Positions 38,000-47,537 of a DNA stretch of 64,000 bases are shown here, in pieces. Position numbers and translations under genes: made by a program. The notes under the pieces are model-generated. The model did no database searches. It was not told the origin of the DNA and saw only the letters and a list, made by a program, of their open reading frames with translations. The DNA comes from Alkalispirochaeta sp. (lineage in GTDB: Bacteria > Spirochaetota > Spirochaetia > DSM-27196 > Alkalispirochaetaceae). Every line of letters begins with the position of its first letter. Positions within the stretch are counted from its first letter, which is position 1. Location of the stretch: positions 1,216,001-1,280,000 of the forward strand of contig OZ271854.1 of NCBI GenBank assembly GCA_965601925.1. The letters are read 5' to 3'.

Positions 38000-39034
38000 C
38001 TATCGTTCGCGCGCGGCGCCGTCCAACACGTCGAATATCTGCGTAAAAAGCGCCTGCAGCGCGGCGTTGATTCGCTGCGAGTTCGATAATGCGGAGGTGA
38101 GCGCGCCGGCCTCGTCTATGTATGACGATACCAGCGGCGCGACCCTACGCTCCAGGGTGGCGGCTACCCCGGGTTCTCGGAGCATGGCAACGACCGACGA
38201 GACGATGGAGTCGCGATTGAGAGCGGCCGTGTCGATTGCGCCTTCTGAGGCGAACATGGCGTAGGCGAGATTGAACTCCCACGGCGTTGACGTGGCACCA
38301 TCGGAGCCTCCGTCGAGCGCGGAACGGATATCCAAGAGATCGTCCTGCAACTGGTACGCCCTTCCGAGCTGTATTCCGATGGAACGCAGAAGCGGGAGGT
38401 CCCCGTCGGGACCGTTGGCGAGTAGGCGAGCAAGCTCCATGGGAGCGGCAAACGTGTAGATGCCCGATTTTCTATCATACAAGTCGAGTAAGCGCGGAAA
38501 GATGTCTGCCGGCGTACCCTGGGGGATGAAGTGCATCTCCTCGAGTTGGGCGAGGCTCGTTATCGCCGCAACGTCGAGAATATGCTCCAGAAGATTCCGG
38601 CGAGTAACACCGGGGCCGTCACCGAGAAGCAGTCGCACTGCAAAGGTATACAGAAGATCGCCCGCCAGAACGCCCTTACCGACGTTCGAAGCGGTCGTCG
38701 CGTCGCCGCGCGAATGGTGAAAGGCCGCACCCTCACGCCGAACCTCGGCGTCATCGACGATATCGTCGTGTATCAAGGCACAATCGTGTAAGAGCTCGAT
38801 CGCCGCGGCAACCGCGAGCACCTCTTCGTCCAGGTCCACGCCGTACCCTTCCAACACGGTAAGAAAGAGTATGGGACGTAACCGTCGCCCCGGACGCACC
38901 ACAAACTCCCGTAAGTCCTCGCCGAACCCGGAGAGTGCACGATCGAAATCGTATCGCGCGTCGAAGCGTCGAAGCGCATCACGCAACGCGCGATCGATCA
39001 ACGCTCTTTTTCGGTCCCACGGTGTCATACGCAA
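38000..39034 (-). CDS. Polyprenyl diphosphate synthase family protein
   Basis: GRRLRP, ELLH...HDDIVD (FARM), RKSGIYT and AYQLQDDLLD (SARM). Confidence 0.88.
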   Translation of the reverse strand: MRMTPWDRKRALIDRALRDALRRFDARYDFDRALSGFGEDLREFVVRPGRRLRPILFLTVLEGYGVDLDEEVLAVAAAIELLHDCALIHDDIVDDAEVRREGAAFHHSRGDATTASNVGKGVLAGDLLYTFAVRLLLGDGPGVTRRNLLEHILDVAAITSLAQLEEMHFIPQGTPADIFPRLLDLYDRKSGIYTFAAPMELARLLANGPDGDLPLLRSIGIQLGRAYQLQDDLLDIRSALDGGSDGATSTPWEFNLAYAMFASEGAIDTAALNRDSIVSSVVAMLREPGVAATLERRVAPLVSSYIDEAGALTSALSNSQRINAALQALFTQIFDVLDGAARER

Positions 39035-39149
39035 TCGTCCGCGTGTCTCGTATGGAAATCAATGGATGCCGACTGAACGTACGCGGCGCGGCCCAGCTCT
39101 CCGCGAACGGTCGGGAAAGCACGGAGTGCGGACGTCGACGCCACCGTAG

Positions 39150-40328
39150 TCATCGACTACTCCGAGCAGGACGGACTCGGGGGAGTCGTAGCGCGTGGCC
39201 AAGAAAAGCGAAAAAGTTCCGCGCGTTGAAGTTACGATATCCATTCATGAGGTAGTGCAGTCGCATGCCGAACCGTCCCTTTACCCGGAACCTCCCGAAC
39301 ACACGCCCGACGCTGATCTCGCTCAGGGGAATGACCCAGCCCAGGTCGACGGGCCTGAATCGCACCGGCTCCTTCCCGCGCACTCGCCGCGCGATATTGA
39401 GCCCGCCGTGCCGCCCGCCGTAGAGGGAAAAGTTGATCGCCCGACGCAGAACGGCCTCCCCGTCGCGAATCGCCGCACCGTCGCCGGCGACAAAGACCCC
39501 GGGATACCCCGGAATCTCCAGATTTTCGTCGACGAGTATCCGCCCGTCCCGAGCGCGTGGAACGTCATCCCCGAAGCCGTCCAACGCCTGCTCGGCCCCC
39601 GCCGCCCAACAGAAGAAGGGCCGCTCTATTCTAAGCTCCCCGTTTACAAGGAGCGTTCCGCCGGAGAACTCGTCGACGGTGCTGTCCAAGCGTATCGTGA
39701 TGTTTCGTCGATCAAGATACTCGGCGATGTACTCACGCTCTTCGCTCAGGAGGAAGGGCAGCAGGGCCGGCGCCTTCTCGACAACGGTAATCGGAACGTC
39801 GCTCCCCAGAAGATCGGCCCGATTCCGCAACGCCGTCGCCAACTCCAACCCGGTATAGCCGGCGCCGACGACGACCGCGTGGGGTTGCGCTGCGGTTTGA
39901 AGGTAATCGGTGAAGTCGTCCCGAACGCGCACCGCCTCCTCCAAAGAGGTCAACGTGTAGACCGTTTCACCCGGCGCCGTGAACCCGTAGAAACTCGGCT
40001 TCGATCCCGCGGCGAGGAGGAGATAATCGAACCGGTACGTGTCCCGCCGTCCCGTCGCCGTTCGCCCGTCCAAGTCGAGACGCTCGATCCGGTCGGTCGC
40101 GACCGTCACCCGCGACGGCAGGAGCGATTCGAGTTCCTCCCGCAAGTACTCGGGCGCGACACTCCCGGTCACGATATCCGGCAGGGCCGGAAGCATGGTG
40201 ATGTGGGGGCGTTGATCAACAAGAACGATCTCAACATCCGCGGCCCTCGTGTCACGAACGAGACGCTTTGCGGCCCACCACCCGGCAAAACCGCCTCCGA
40301 TAATCAGTATCTTTTTTTTGGCGACCAT
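39150..40328 (-). CDS. NDH-2-like FAD/NAD(P)-dependent oxidoreductase
   Basis: GGGFAG, DYLLLAAGS, GAGYTGLELA, WAAG and VFVAGD motifs. Confidence 0.9.
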   Translation of the reverse strand: MVAKKKILIIGGGFAGWWAAKRLVRDTRAADVEIVLVDQRPHITMLPALPDIVTGSVAPEYLREELESLLPSRVTVATDRIERLDLDGRTATGRRDTYRFDYLLLAAGSKPSFYGFTAPGETVYTLTSLEEAVRVRDDFTDYLQTAAQPHAVVVGAGYTGLELATALRNRADLLGSDVPITVVEKAPALLPFLLSEEREYIAEYLDRRNITIRLDSTVDEFSGGTLLVNGELRIERPFFCWAAGAEQALDGFGDDVPRARDGRILVDENLEIPGYPGVFVAGDGAAIRDGEAVLRRAINFSLYGGRHGGLNIARRVRGKEPVRFRPVDLGWVIPLSEISVGRVFGRFRVKGRFGMRLHYLMNGYRNFNARNFFAFLGHALRLPRVRPARSSR

Positions 40329-40550
40329 CTCGCCTCCCTCGGTTCCATATACATGAGTTTCTGACCGGTTGGAAAATAATTATCGTGACACCGCCGGTCA
40401 ACCGATCGAACCCGAGCGACGTTCTTGAACGGTGGGCATTGAGCACGCTCGGCGATCTCGATGCGTTACGGAACGCCGTTCCGATTCACGATACCGACGG
40501 CAAAACGAGAGTATTTTTCATATTGAATGTGAATTGAGTATTATAGTTCC

Positions 40551-40964
40551 ATGCAACGGTTCGTCTGTATCGTAGGTTTGACGGTAATGGCTACGGGGCT
40601 TCTTGCATATGAAGAGAGTCTGGATTACGCCCAGGTCACCCGGGTCGAGGCACACGAGACCGCCGAAGGAGTGTGGCGATTTTCGGTGACGGTACGTCAC
40701 GCCGACACCGGATGGGACCACTACGCCGACGAGTGGCAGGTAGTCGATCCGGCCAGCGGCGCAGTTCTCGCGCGGCGCGTCCTCGCACATCCGCACGTAG
40801 AGGAACAGCCCTTCACACGCAGCCAGTCGGGTATCGAGATTCCCGCGGAGGTAACGACGGTGATGGTGCGCGCGAAGTGCAATGTTCACGGGTTCGGCGG
40901 GCGCGAAGTCGTGCTCGACCTTACCTCTCGCGGCGGCGAGGGCTACGAGGTGCGACGTCGGTGA
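40551..40964 (+). CDS. Conserved-looking exported hypothetical protein, possibly metal-binding
   Basis: Signal peptide; HADTGWDHYADEW...LAHPHVEEQPFTRS...AKCNVHG (His/Cys cluster). Confidence 0.75.
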   Translation: MQRFVCIVGLTVMATGLLAYEESLDYAQVTRVEAHETAEGVWRFSVTVRHADTGWDHYADEWQVVDPASGAVLARRVLAHPHVEEQPFTRSQSGIEIPAEVTTVMVRAKCNVHGFGGREVVLDLTSRGGEGYEVRRR

Positions 40965-41574
40965 CGCGTACCCCGAGCCGCAGCAACGCTCCCTTCGTCG
41001 CCGACTGAGCGTGCGCGGCGCCGACCGAAAGCCGATACGAGTACCCACTCATCTCGAAACCCACCGCTTCGGTCGATGAGCCGTCGGTCAAGCCGGGTAT
41101 GGGAAATCCGTACGCCACGGCAGGAGCCGGCGGATCGAGAGAACGGCCCATCAGCACTTGTCGTGAGACCGGCCGACCCGCCATGGCCTCGGTGAAATAG
41201 GTCCTGTCACCCCGAAAGCCCGATCCCGTGGAACCGTCCCTCAGGACGAATTGCGTGCCCTCTCCGTCGATCGAGTACAGGGTATACATGTAGTCGTTCA
41301 GTGCGGTGAATCCACCGGCAAATGCGTCGGCGTGGGCACGCGGATCCATGGCGCGTACACCCGCGTTCAACCGGATCGCGTCGGCGGAACGGATGATCGT
41401 CTCTTCCCAACGCCTCACCTCGGCGGCGACGTTCTCCGCGGTCTCTTTGACGTCCGAGAGGGCGTGCTCGAGAAGAACCGCCCGGGCGCGGAGAGTGAGA
41501 AACAAAATCAAAACAGAAAAGATAAAGGCGCCGAACAGCGCCGTGAGCAAAGTAAGACGGTTACTTATCGACAT
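40921..41574 (-). pseudogene. Truncated dCache-domain receptor (chemoreceptor/sensor N-terminal remnant)
   Basis: TM1 plus dCache motifs (IDGEG...GDRTYFTEAMAG...GRS...AYGFPI). Similarity is lost near 41060; no TM2, HAMP or output domain; the tail runs into the convergent gene. Confidence 0.65.
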
Positions 41575-41643
41575 GGATTACCTACCTATCTCAAGAACAT
41601 CACGGTACGACGAAAAATAGGTGGTATATACAACGATCGGCGG

Positions 41644-42876
41644 TCAGCCGAGGGCTCGTATCCGATCTTCCAAAAAGAGCCGCTCCCCGGGATTCCTTGT
41701 CAGCGAAAGGGCGTGCCGAAGGTCGGCCGAGGCCCCTTCCGTATCCCCCGATCGAGAGCGAAGCTCACCGCGCGTGGAGTAAAACCAGCGATACTCGGAT
41801 AGGTGCTCCCGGAGGCGGTGAAGCTCCATCAGCTCCAGCGCCCGCGACGCCGAGGTTCGATACGACTCGGCGACCAGCCACGCCAACAGCACGATGGGAT
41901 CGGGTTTATGGAGGTACAGCTCCGCGTATAGGCGACAGATGCGCCGCCAGTCACTCCGGTCGAACGAGGTCGAGTGTGCGTGTTCGCGCGCGATGGCCGC
42001 CTGAAACGCGTATGGACCGGCGAGGTCCGAGTCGATGCCGGAAATCGCGCGATCATAAAGCCGGTCGGCCTCGTCGATCATGGTGCGATTCCAGAGGGAA
42101 CGATCCTGAAGGGATAAGAGAATCGGTCGACCGTCGGAGGTAGAGCGCGAGGCGGAACGCGAGTGTTGGTAGAGCATGAGGCATAGAAGGGCGAGCGATT
42201 CTCGATTGTCGAGGCGTAGATCCACCAGAATCCGCGCCAGACGTATCGCCTCTTTGCAGAGGTCGACGCGATAGAGGCTGTGGTCGGAGTTGCTGTGGTA
42301 GCCTTCGTTGAACAAGAGGTACAGTATTTTCTGAACGGCTCCCAAACGCTCGCCGAGGCTCGACTCGTCGGGCACCTCGAACGGTATACCGGCGAGCTTG
42401 ATCTTCGTCTTTGACCGCGTAAGCGTCTGTCCCACCGTTTTGGGTTTCATGACTAATGCCGAGGCGATCTCCTCGGTCGTGAGACCGGCGACGAGCCTCA
42501 AGGTCAACATCACCTGCCCACGCTCCGCCAATGCGGGATGGCAGCACAAACACATGAGCCGCAGCTGTTCGTCGAGCGTACGCCCCTCCTCCAGCGCCTC
42601 GATTTCCGGCGCCGGTGCCCCGCGCGCCGGAAGCTCTCCCACGGTCCGTCCGTCCTTTTTTTTCGCGTCGAGGATGCGATTTCGAGCCACGGTGTACAAC
42701 CACGCCGCCGGGTCGCGGGGCCGATCCGAAACCCACCGGCGCATTGCCCGCTCGAAGGCGTCCTGTAACGCATCCTCTACCGCGTCGATGTCGCGAAACT
42801 GTCCGTAGAGCGAGGCAAAGAGGCGTGAGTAATGCTCCCGTACGAGGGTACGGAGTTCGGCGGCGGCGCTCATCAT
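41644..42876 (-). CDS. ECF sigma factor with C-terminal extension (ECF42/DUF6596 type)
   Basis: VEDALQDAF, AWLYTVARNR, CCHPAL, LYLLFNEGY, LQDRSLW and DWRRI motifs. Confidence 0.9.
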   Translation of the reverse strand: MMSAAAELRTLVREHYSRLFASLYGQFRDIDAVEDALQDAFERAMRRWVSDRPRDPAAWLYTVARNRILDAKKKDGRTVGELPARGAPAPEIEALEEGRTLDEQLRLMCLCCHPALAERGQVMLTLRLVAGLTTEEIASALVMKPKTVGQTLTRSKTKIKLAGIPFEVPDESSLGERLGAVQKILYLLFNEGYHSNSDHSLYRVDLCKEAIRLARILVDLRLDNRESLALLCLMLYQHSRSASRSTSDGRPILLSLQDRSLWNRTMIDEADRLYDRAISGIDSDLAGPYAFQAAIAREHAHSTSFDRSDWRRICRLYAELYLHKPDPIVLLAWLVAESYRTSASRALELMELHRLREHLSEYRWFYSTRGELRSRSGDTEGASADLRHALSLTRNPGERLFLEDRIRALG

Positions 42877-42918
42877 CGGAGGAATGGGGGCGTTCCAAGC
42901 GCGCCCCCGACGTTCGGT

Positions 42919-43266
42919 TCAGCTATCGAACACCATAACCGGCCGGACCTCGACGATCCCACCCCGCTTTACATGGGGCATCTGCGAGGCCCAGTCGTTC
43001 GCTTTGTCGAGATCCGCCACGTCAATGAGATAGTAGCCACCGAGGGCTTCTTTCGTCTCGGCGTACGGACCGTCGGTCAGCTCGTGTTTGGCCCCCGTCT
43101 TACCTCGGACGGTGGTCGCCGTGCTCGTCGGCTGGAGCGCATCGCCGCTCAGCATGACCCCGGCCTCCCGCAGACGGCGCGTGTACTCCATCCATTCGGG
43201 AAATTCCGTCTCCTGCACCTTTGCGTCCACCGACTCGTTGTCGTAGATCAATAACATGTACTGCAT
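42919..43266 (-). CDS. YciI/DGPF-family protein
   Basis: MQYMLLIY...TDGPYAETKEALGGYYLID...VEVRPV; usual partner of ECF42. Confidence 0.92.
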   Translation of the reverse strand: MQYMLLIYDNESVDAKVQETEFPEWMEYTRRLREAGVMLSGDALQPTSTATTVRGKTGAKHELTDGPYAETKEALGGYYLIDVADLDKANDWASQMPHVKRGGIVEVRPVMVFDS

Positions 43267-43633
43267 CGTCGTCTCCTTCGTTCAGTATGTGATACCCGGG
43301 TCTATGTGATAGACGATTCATACAGGTGGAATTCTACAAGCAAAGCGGGAAAAAGGAAAAATCGTGCCCATCACACCGCCGCACGGCTCGCACCTGTAAC
43401 GCGCTGCACTCCGTTTTTACCGCGCACGCGCCCGATGAGATGGTGACGACCGAGGAGTGGGGAGGAGAGAAGACAGGCCGGTGCAGCGCGCGTCACGTTA
43501 CCACACGGTAATCGTCGGCGCTTCCGTTGAGCGTCCGTACCCGACGATACCGGCGTGTCGCGTAAAGGGCTCCTCGGGTTTACGCGTCGCGGATGTCGGG
43601 ATACACCCGCGACGGTCCGCCCGATCGGAAGCA

Positions 43634-45595
43634 CTACTCCCAGCGCACGTCGCCGGTCGCCGGGCGGACGGTCGCACGACTCCCGTCGACGTACCGGACG
43701 GTGAGCTCCGCATCATCAAATGACGAATCTTCACCTATGAGGTCCACGACGGCGCCGCGAAGCTGGCGGGGCCGGACACCGCCCCCGCTTCCGGCCACCA
43801 AGGAGACGAGGACAAACGGTTCGGCGTCGGTCCGTGCGACCGTCAACTGCGGAATGATGCTGTGCGTATAACGCACATTGGTGCCTTGGGTATCGAGACC
43901 GTACGGTCGCGCCGGAACGACACGATCATACCCGTGTATGTTTGCGATGAGGGAGCACCGCCCATCGACGACGGCGGCGGTCCAATCCGCATCCGTATCG
44001 GCAGGTGAGGCTCCCACGCCGCTCAGCACGGCGTCTCCTCGATCCCACGCGAGGGGAAATCCGCCCTCGCGAAACCATAGCGGCCTCGTTGGCCTTATGC
44101 CGTGAATCAGCACCAGCACACCTGCGTGAATCAGAATGGTGGTCACCGCCGATCCGTCTGGGTCCGCCCCGAAGAGGGCGTAACGGGCGACGCTGTGTCG
44201 GCTCGAGACGGCGAGATGTTCCATATCCCAGCGTTGATGGAACAGTACGCCGTCGACGGAAAACTGGAGCGCGTTGTCCGGCGCCACCGATCCGTGAATG
44301 GATCGCGATTCGTAGGGAAAGAGCGACGAGTAGGCGAAGTTCGTGTACTTGGCGTTGTACTCCGATTTGTCGTGATACGACTTCTGGTTGATGATGCGCA
44401 CGTGACCGTCGTCCCGAGATCCGACGAGAACGAGCCCCGCGTCATCGATCGGTAGCGCATAGTCGCCGCGCCGGATGGGAAGCTGTTCTTCCCGAGTAGT
44501 CCAAAATGGATGGGACTCGGGCATAAGTAGGACGTTGAACGCCTTGGCCGCCCAATAGGGAGAGCCGCCGCAGCTGTAGTGTTCGAGAATGCTCTCGTTG
44601 GGCGCGATGTAGCCCATACCGAGAAACCCGTCGTCGGTCAGAATCGGTCGATCGGCAAAGAAACGCATTGTGGCGTTGCATACACTACGGACCGCGCCGG
44701 CAGGTGTGTCGAGGGCGTCGAGATAGGCGCCCAGAGCCAACGGTGCCAAATAGGCGAAGCGATAGATCATGGAGCGCCCGAAGATCGGCGCACTCCCGTC
44801 CCCGGAGACGAAATACGGCATCTGTCGGGCGAGTTCGGCGACGCGCCCGCGATGGCGTGTGGCGACCTCCGGCTTCGAGTCGCCGTCGAGGATCGTCCAG
44901 ATCAGGTAGTAGTAGTGAAACGCCCAGGCGTTATAATAGTCGATGCGGTTGAGCTCGCCGTCGCGATACCAACCGGAGCCCAGGTACATGTGCTCGCACG
45001 CCTCGATATTCTCGTCGATCTGTCGTTGGTTGTAGGGCATGTCCAACCGCTTCAATACGGCGTTCGTCACCACGTTGAAGAGCAACCAGTTGTTGCGGTG
45101 ATAGGCTACGCGGGTACATTGAAGCAGGTAGTCGGCGACACGCTTTCTTTCGACTGCCGTGTAGGTGTCCCAGGTCCACCGCCGCGACAGGTAGAGCGCC
45201 CACGACAGGCTGGCCATCTCGACCAAGTGTTGCGCGTAGTCGACGATATCGCCCCAGTACTCGGGATGGTTGGGATCGGTACCGTTCAGTATTGCCTCGC
45301 GATAGAACGCCGCGACGTCACGCCGTCCGTCGACCGACTCGACGATACCGCTGTCGCTTGTGGATAACCACGGTCCCGCCATGATAAATGAGCGCGTGAA
45401 CCCCTCGAGCTCGTCGGCGAGGCGCCCGTGGTGGCTCCGCGGTCCGGGGATCACCTGGCGCGCGCGGCCGACGGATGCGTTGTCGACGATCGGTACGATA
45501 AGATCGGCAAACATCTCCAGCCAGTGGTCACGCGTCCAGCCGCTCTCCGGTGAGAGGGAAAAGTCGTACGGCGTCGATAGGCGAATCGGCCGCAT
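43634..45595 (-). CDS. DUF2264-domain protein (GH154-like candidate glycosidase)
   Basis: LEGFTRS, GTDPNHPEYWG, QHLVEMA, NNWLLF, GWYRDG, DYYNAWAFH, GRSMIYRFA and GSPYWAAKAF motifs. Confidence 0.85.
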   Translation of the reverse strand: MRPIRLSTPYDFSLSPESGWTRDHWLEMFADLIVPIVDNASVGRARQVIPGPRSHHGRLADELEGFTRSFIMAGPWLSTSDSGIVESVDGRRDVAAFYREAILNGTDPNHPEYWGDIVDYAQHLVEMASLSWALYLSRRWTWDTYTAVERKRVADYLLQCTRVAYHRNNWLLFNVVTNAVLKRLDMPYNQRQIDENIEACEHMYLGSGWYRDGELNRIDYYNAWAFHYYYLIWTILDGDSKPEVATRHRGRVAELARQMPYFVSGDGSAPIFGRSMIYRFAYLAPLALGAYLDALDTPAGAVRSVCNATMRFFADRPILTDDGFLGMGYIAPNESILEHYSCGGSPYWAAKAFNVLLMPESHPFWTTREEQLPIRRGDYALPIDDAGLVLVGSRDDGHVRIINQKSYHDKSEYNAKYTNFAYSSLFPYESRSIHGSVAPDNALQFSVDGVLFHQRWDMEHLAVSSRHSVARYALFGADPDGSAVTTILIHAGVLVLIHGIRPTRPLWFREGGFPLAWDRGDAVLSGVGASPADTDADWTAAVVDGRCSLIANIHGYDRVVPARPYGLDTQGTNVRYTHSIIPQLTVARTDAEPFVLVSLVAGSGGGVRPRQLRGAVVDLIGEDSSFDDAELTVRYVDGSRATVRPATGDVRWE

Positions 45596-45597
45596 CG

Positions 45598-47376
45598 TTA
45601 CGCCCCGCTCGTGGTCGGTACCGGCGTCTCTACGACCGGCAAATTGCACGGGTTGTAGTTGAGAAGCGGCCACCTCCCCTCACCGACCTCCCGTCCCAGG
45701 ATCACGTCCCGCATCGTCGCAAGGCCTGCGGGCGTGAGATTCATGCTCAATACGATTGAGGGGGCGTCGGGAAGCATGCCGCCCAAATCCTTAATGCAGT
45801 ACGGCGTATTGGTGACCAGAAGCACCGGCAGTCCCCGCTTAGTCAGGTCGGCGGCATAGCGCTGCGGCTCGTGCTGCCGATCGTAGAAGTTCGTCACAAT
45901 GACCAGATCGAAGTGACCCGGCGCAAGGATGCGCTCGACGCTCTTCTCATCCAGCTCGTTCCGGCCGAACTGCGTCTCGATCGTCTGGAGACCGGGAAGC
46001 TCCGCCTCCATAAGCTCCTGAAAGAGCGCGGGGTGGTCCCACTCATCGTTGGCGGACTTCACCGAGTTTTGTTGGCTGATAAGCAGAATGCGTTTCGATC
46101 GGTCCAACGGAATCGCTCCGAGTTCGTCTTTCACGATGAGCGTCGCCTTGCGGGAAGCCTCCTTCGCCGTTGAAAGAACCACCTGATCGCGATAGGGCGC
46201 GTCGGCGGCCGCCGGATCCACCATGCCGAATGTATCGAAGAGGCCGTAGTCGTACTTCATCGAGAGAACGCGCCGCACCTTGGCGTCCAGTTCATCGGCT
46301 GCGATGCGCCCCTCTTCGACCCAGCGCTCGATCGTGTAGAACATCTCGCCGCGCCACTGATTTTCCGCCTTCATGAGAACGGTGTCGGCTCCCGCGGCAA
46401 GCGCGCGGGCGCACGCCTCGCCCACACCGTAGCGGTCAATCAGCGCCCCCATCGTCATACTGTCGGTGGTGATAAGCCCACGAAAGTCCAACTCACCGCG
46501 CAAAATGTCGGTGACGATGGTGCGCGAAACGGTCGAGATCTCCTCGTCGAGTTGCGGATAGATGCAGTGCGCCACCATCACCGCATCGAGGCCGCGCTCG
46601 ATCAGGTAGCGATACGGATACAGCTCGACGCTTCGCATCCTCTGCATGTCGACGTCCAGGCTGGGGCACGCGTGGTGGGCGTCGACCGCAGAGTCCCCGC
46701 GACCGGGAAAGTGCTTGGCCGCTGCAATCACCCGCTCATCCTTGAAGCCTCGGACCATCGCCTCCGCCATGTGTGCCACGACCGCCGGGTCGTCGCCGAA
46801 GGCTCGGCGTCCGATCTCGGGGTTGGCGGGGTTGATGTTCACGTCGACCACCGGCGAGTGAATCATGTCGATCCCCGACGCCTTGAGCTGACGCGCAACG
46901 GCGCGGGAGACGCGATACACCACGTCGGGATCACCGGAGGCCGCAAGCCCCATACTGGAGGGAAACTGTACGAAGCCGCCGCGGGTAATGTCACGGCTGG
47001 TATCGCCCTCTTGGTCCACCACCATGTGCAGCGGTATCGCCGGCGACCGAGTTGAGGCGAGCCGCCGTAGCTCATTGAGCGTCTCGGCGTACTGCTGCGG
47101 CGTGCGATACGGCGGAAGGCCCTGGTGTGCGATCTTCTCGATCGACGGCTCGTAGTCGTCGCCGACGACCTGCGCTTTCGCACGATCGTCACTGAAGTAG
47201 CGAAAAATCTTCATGAAGGGGCTCAACCTGACGCCGCCGCACTCGTGACGGAGGATCGCCTCCCTCAAATCGTTGGTAATCTGCGTGCCGGACATACCGA
47301 CGACGACGCATTGGCCGATCTTCTGCTGCACGCTCATCGTATCCAGGAGCGCGGTAATATACTGTTCTTTGCTCAT
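45598..47376 (-). CDS. GH3 beta-N-acetylhexosaminidase-like (two-domain NagZ type)
   Basis: VDQEGD, SPVVDVNINPANPEIGRRAFG, KHFPGRGDSAVDAH and ITTDSMTM motifs; ATG 47376. Confidence 0.88.
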   Translation of the reverse strand: MSKEQYITALLDTMSVQQKIGQCVVVGMSGTQITNDLREAILRHECGGVRLSPFMKIFRYFSDDRAKAQVVGDDYEPSIEKIAHQGLPPYRTPQQYAETLNELRRLASTRSPAIPLHMVVDQEGDTSRDITRGGFVQFPSSMGLAASGDPDVVYRVSRAVARQLKASGIDMIHSPVVDVNINPANPEIGRRAFGDDPAVVAHMAEAMVRGFKDERVIAAAKHFPGRGDSAVDAHHACPSLDVDMQRMRSVELYPYRYLIERGLDAVMVAHCIYPQLDEEISTVSRTIVTDILRGELDFRGLITTDSMTMGALIDRYGVGEACARALAAGADTVLMKAENQWRGEMFYTIERWVEEGRIAADELDAKVRRVLSMKYDYGLFDTFGMVDPAAADAPYRDQVVLSTAKEASRKATLIVKDELGAIPLDRSKRILLISQQNSVKSANDEWDHPALFQELMEAELPGLQTIETQFGRNELDEKSVERILAPGHFDLVIVTNFYDRQHEPQRYAADLTKRGLPVLLVTNTPYCIKDLGGMLPDAPSIVLSMNLTPAGLATMRDVILGREVGEGRWPLLNYNPCNLPVVETPVPTTSGA

Positions 47377-47537
47377 CGATCCTTCCTGAGTCGGGTGTGG
47401 TATCGGAAGGGTACGCAACTCGACCCCGTATCGGGGCAAGACCGGGCCTTCCTCCATAGCCGGCGGCCGGTCACCGATCGTGCCGCGTCCCCACCCGGCG
47501 GTCTCGAGAGGCCGCCGGCGGGAATGGTGCGAAATAG

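Noticed and set aside
41644..43266. DGPF protein plus long ECF sigma as a novel system
   Set aside because: This is the already described ECF42-DGPF arrangement.
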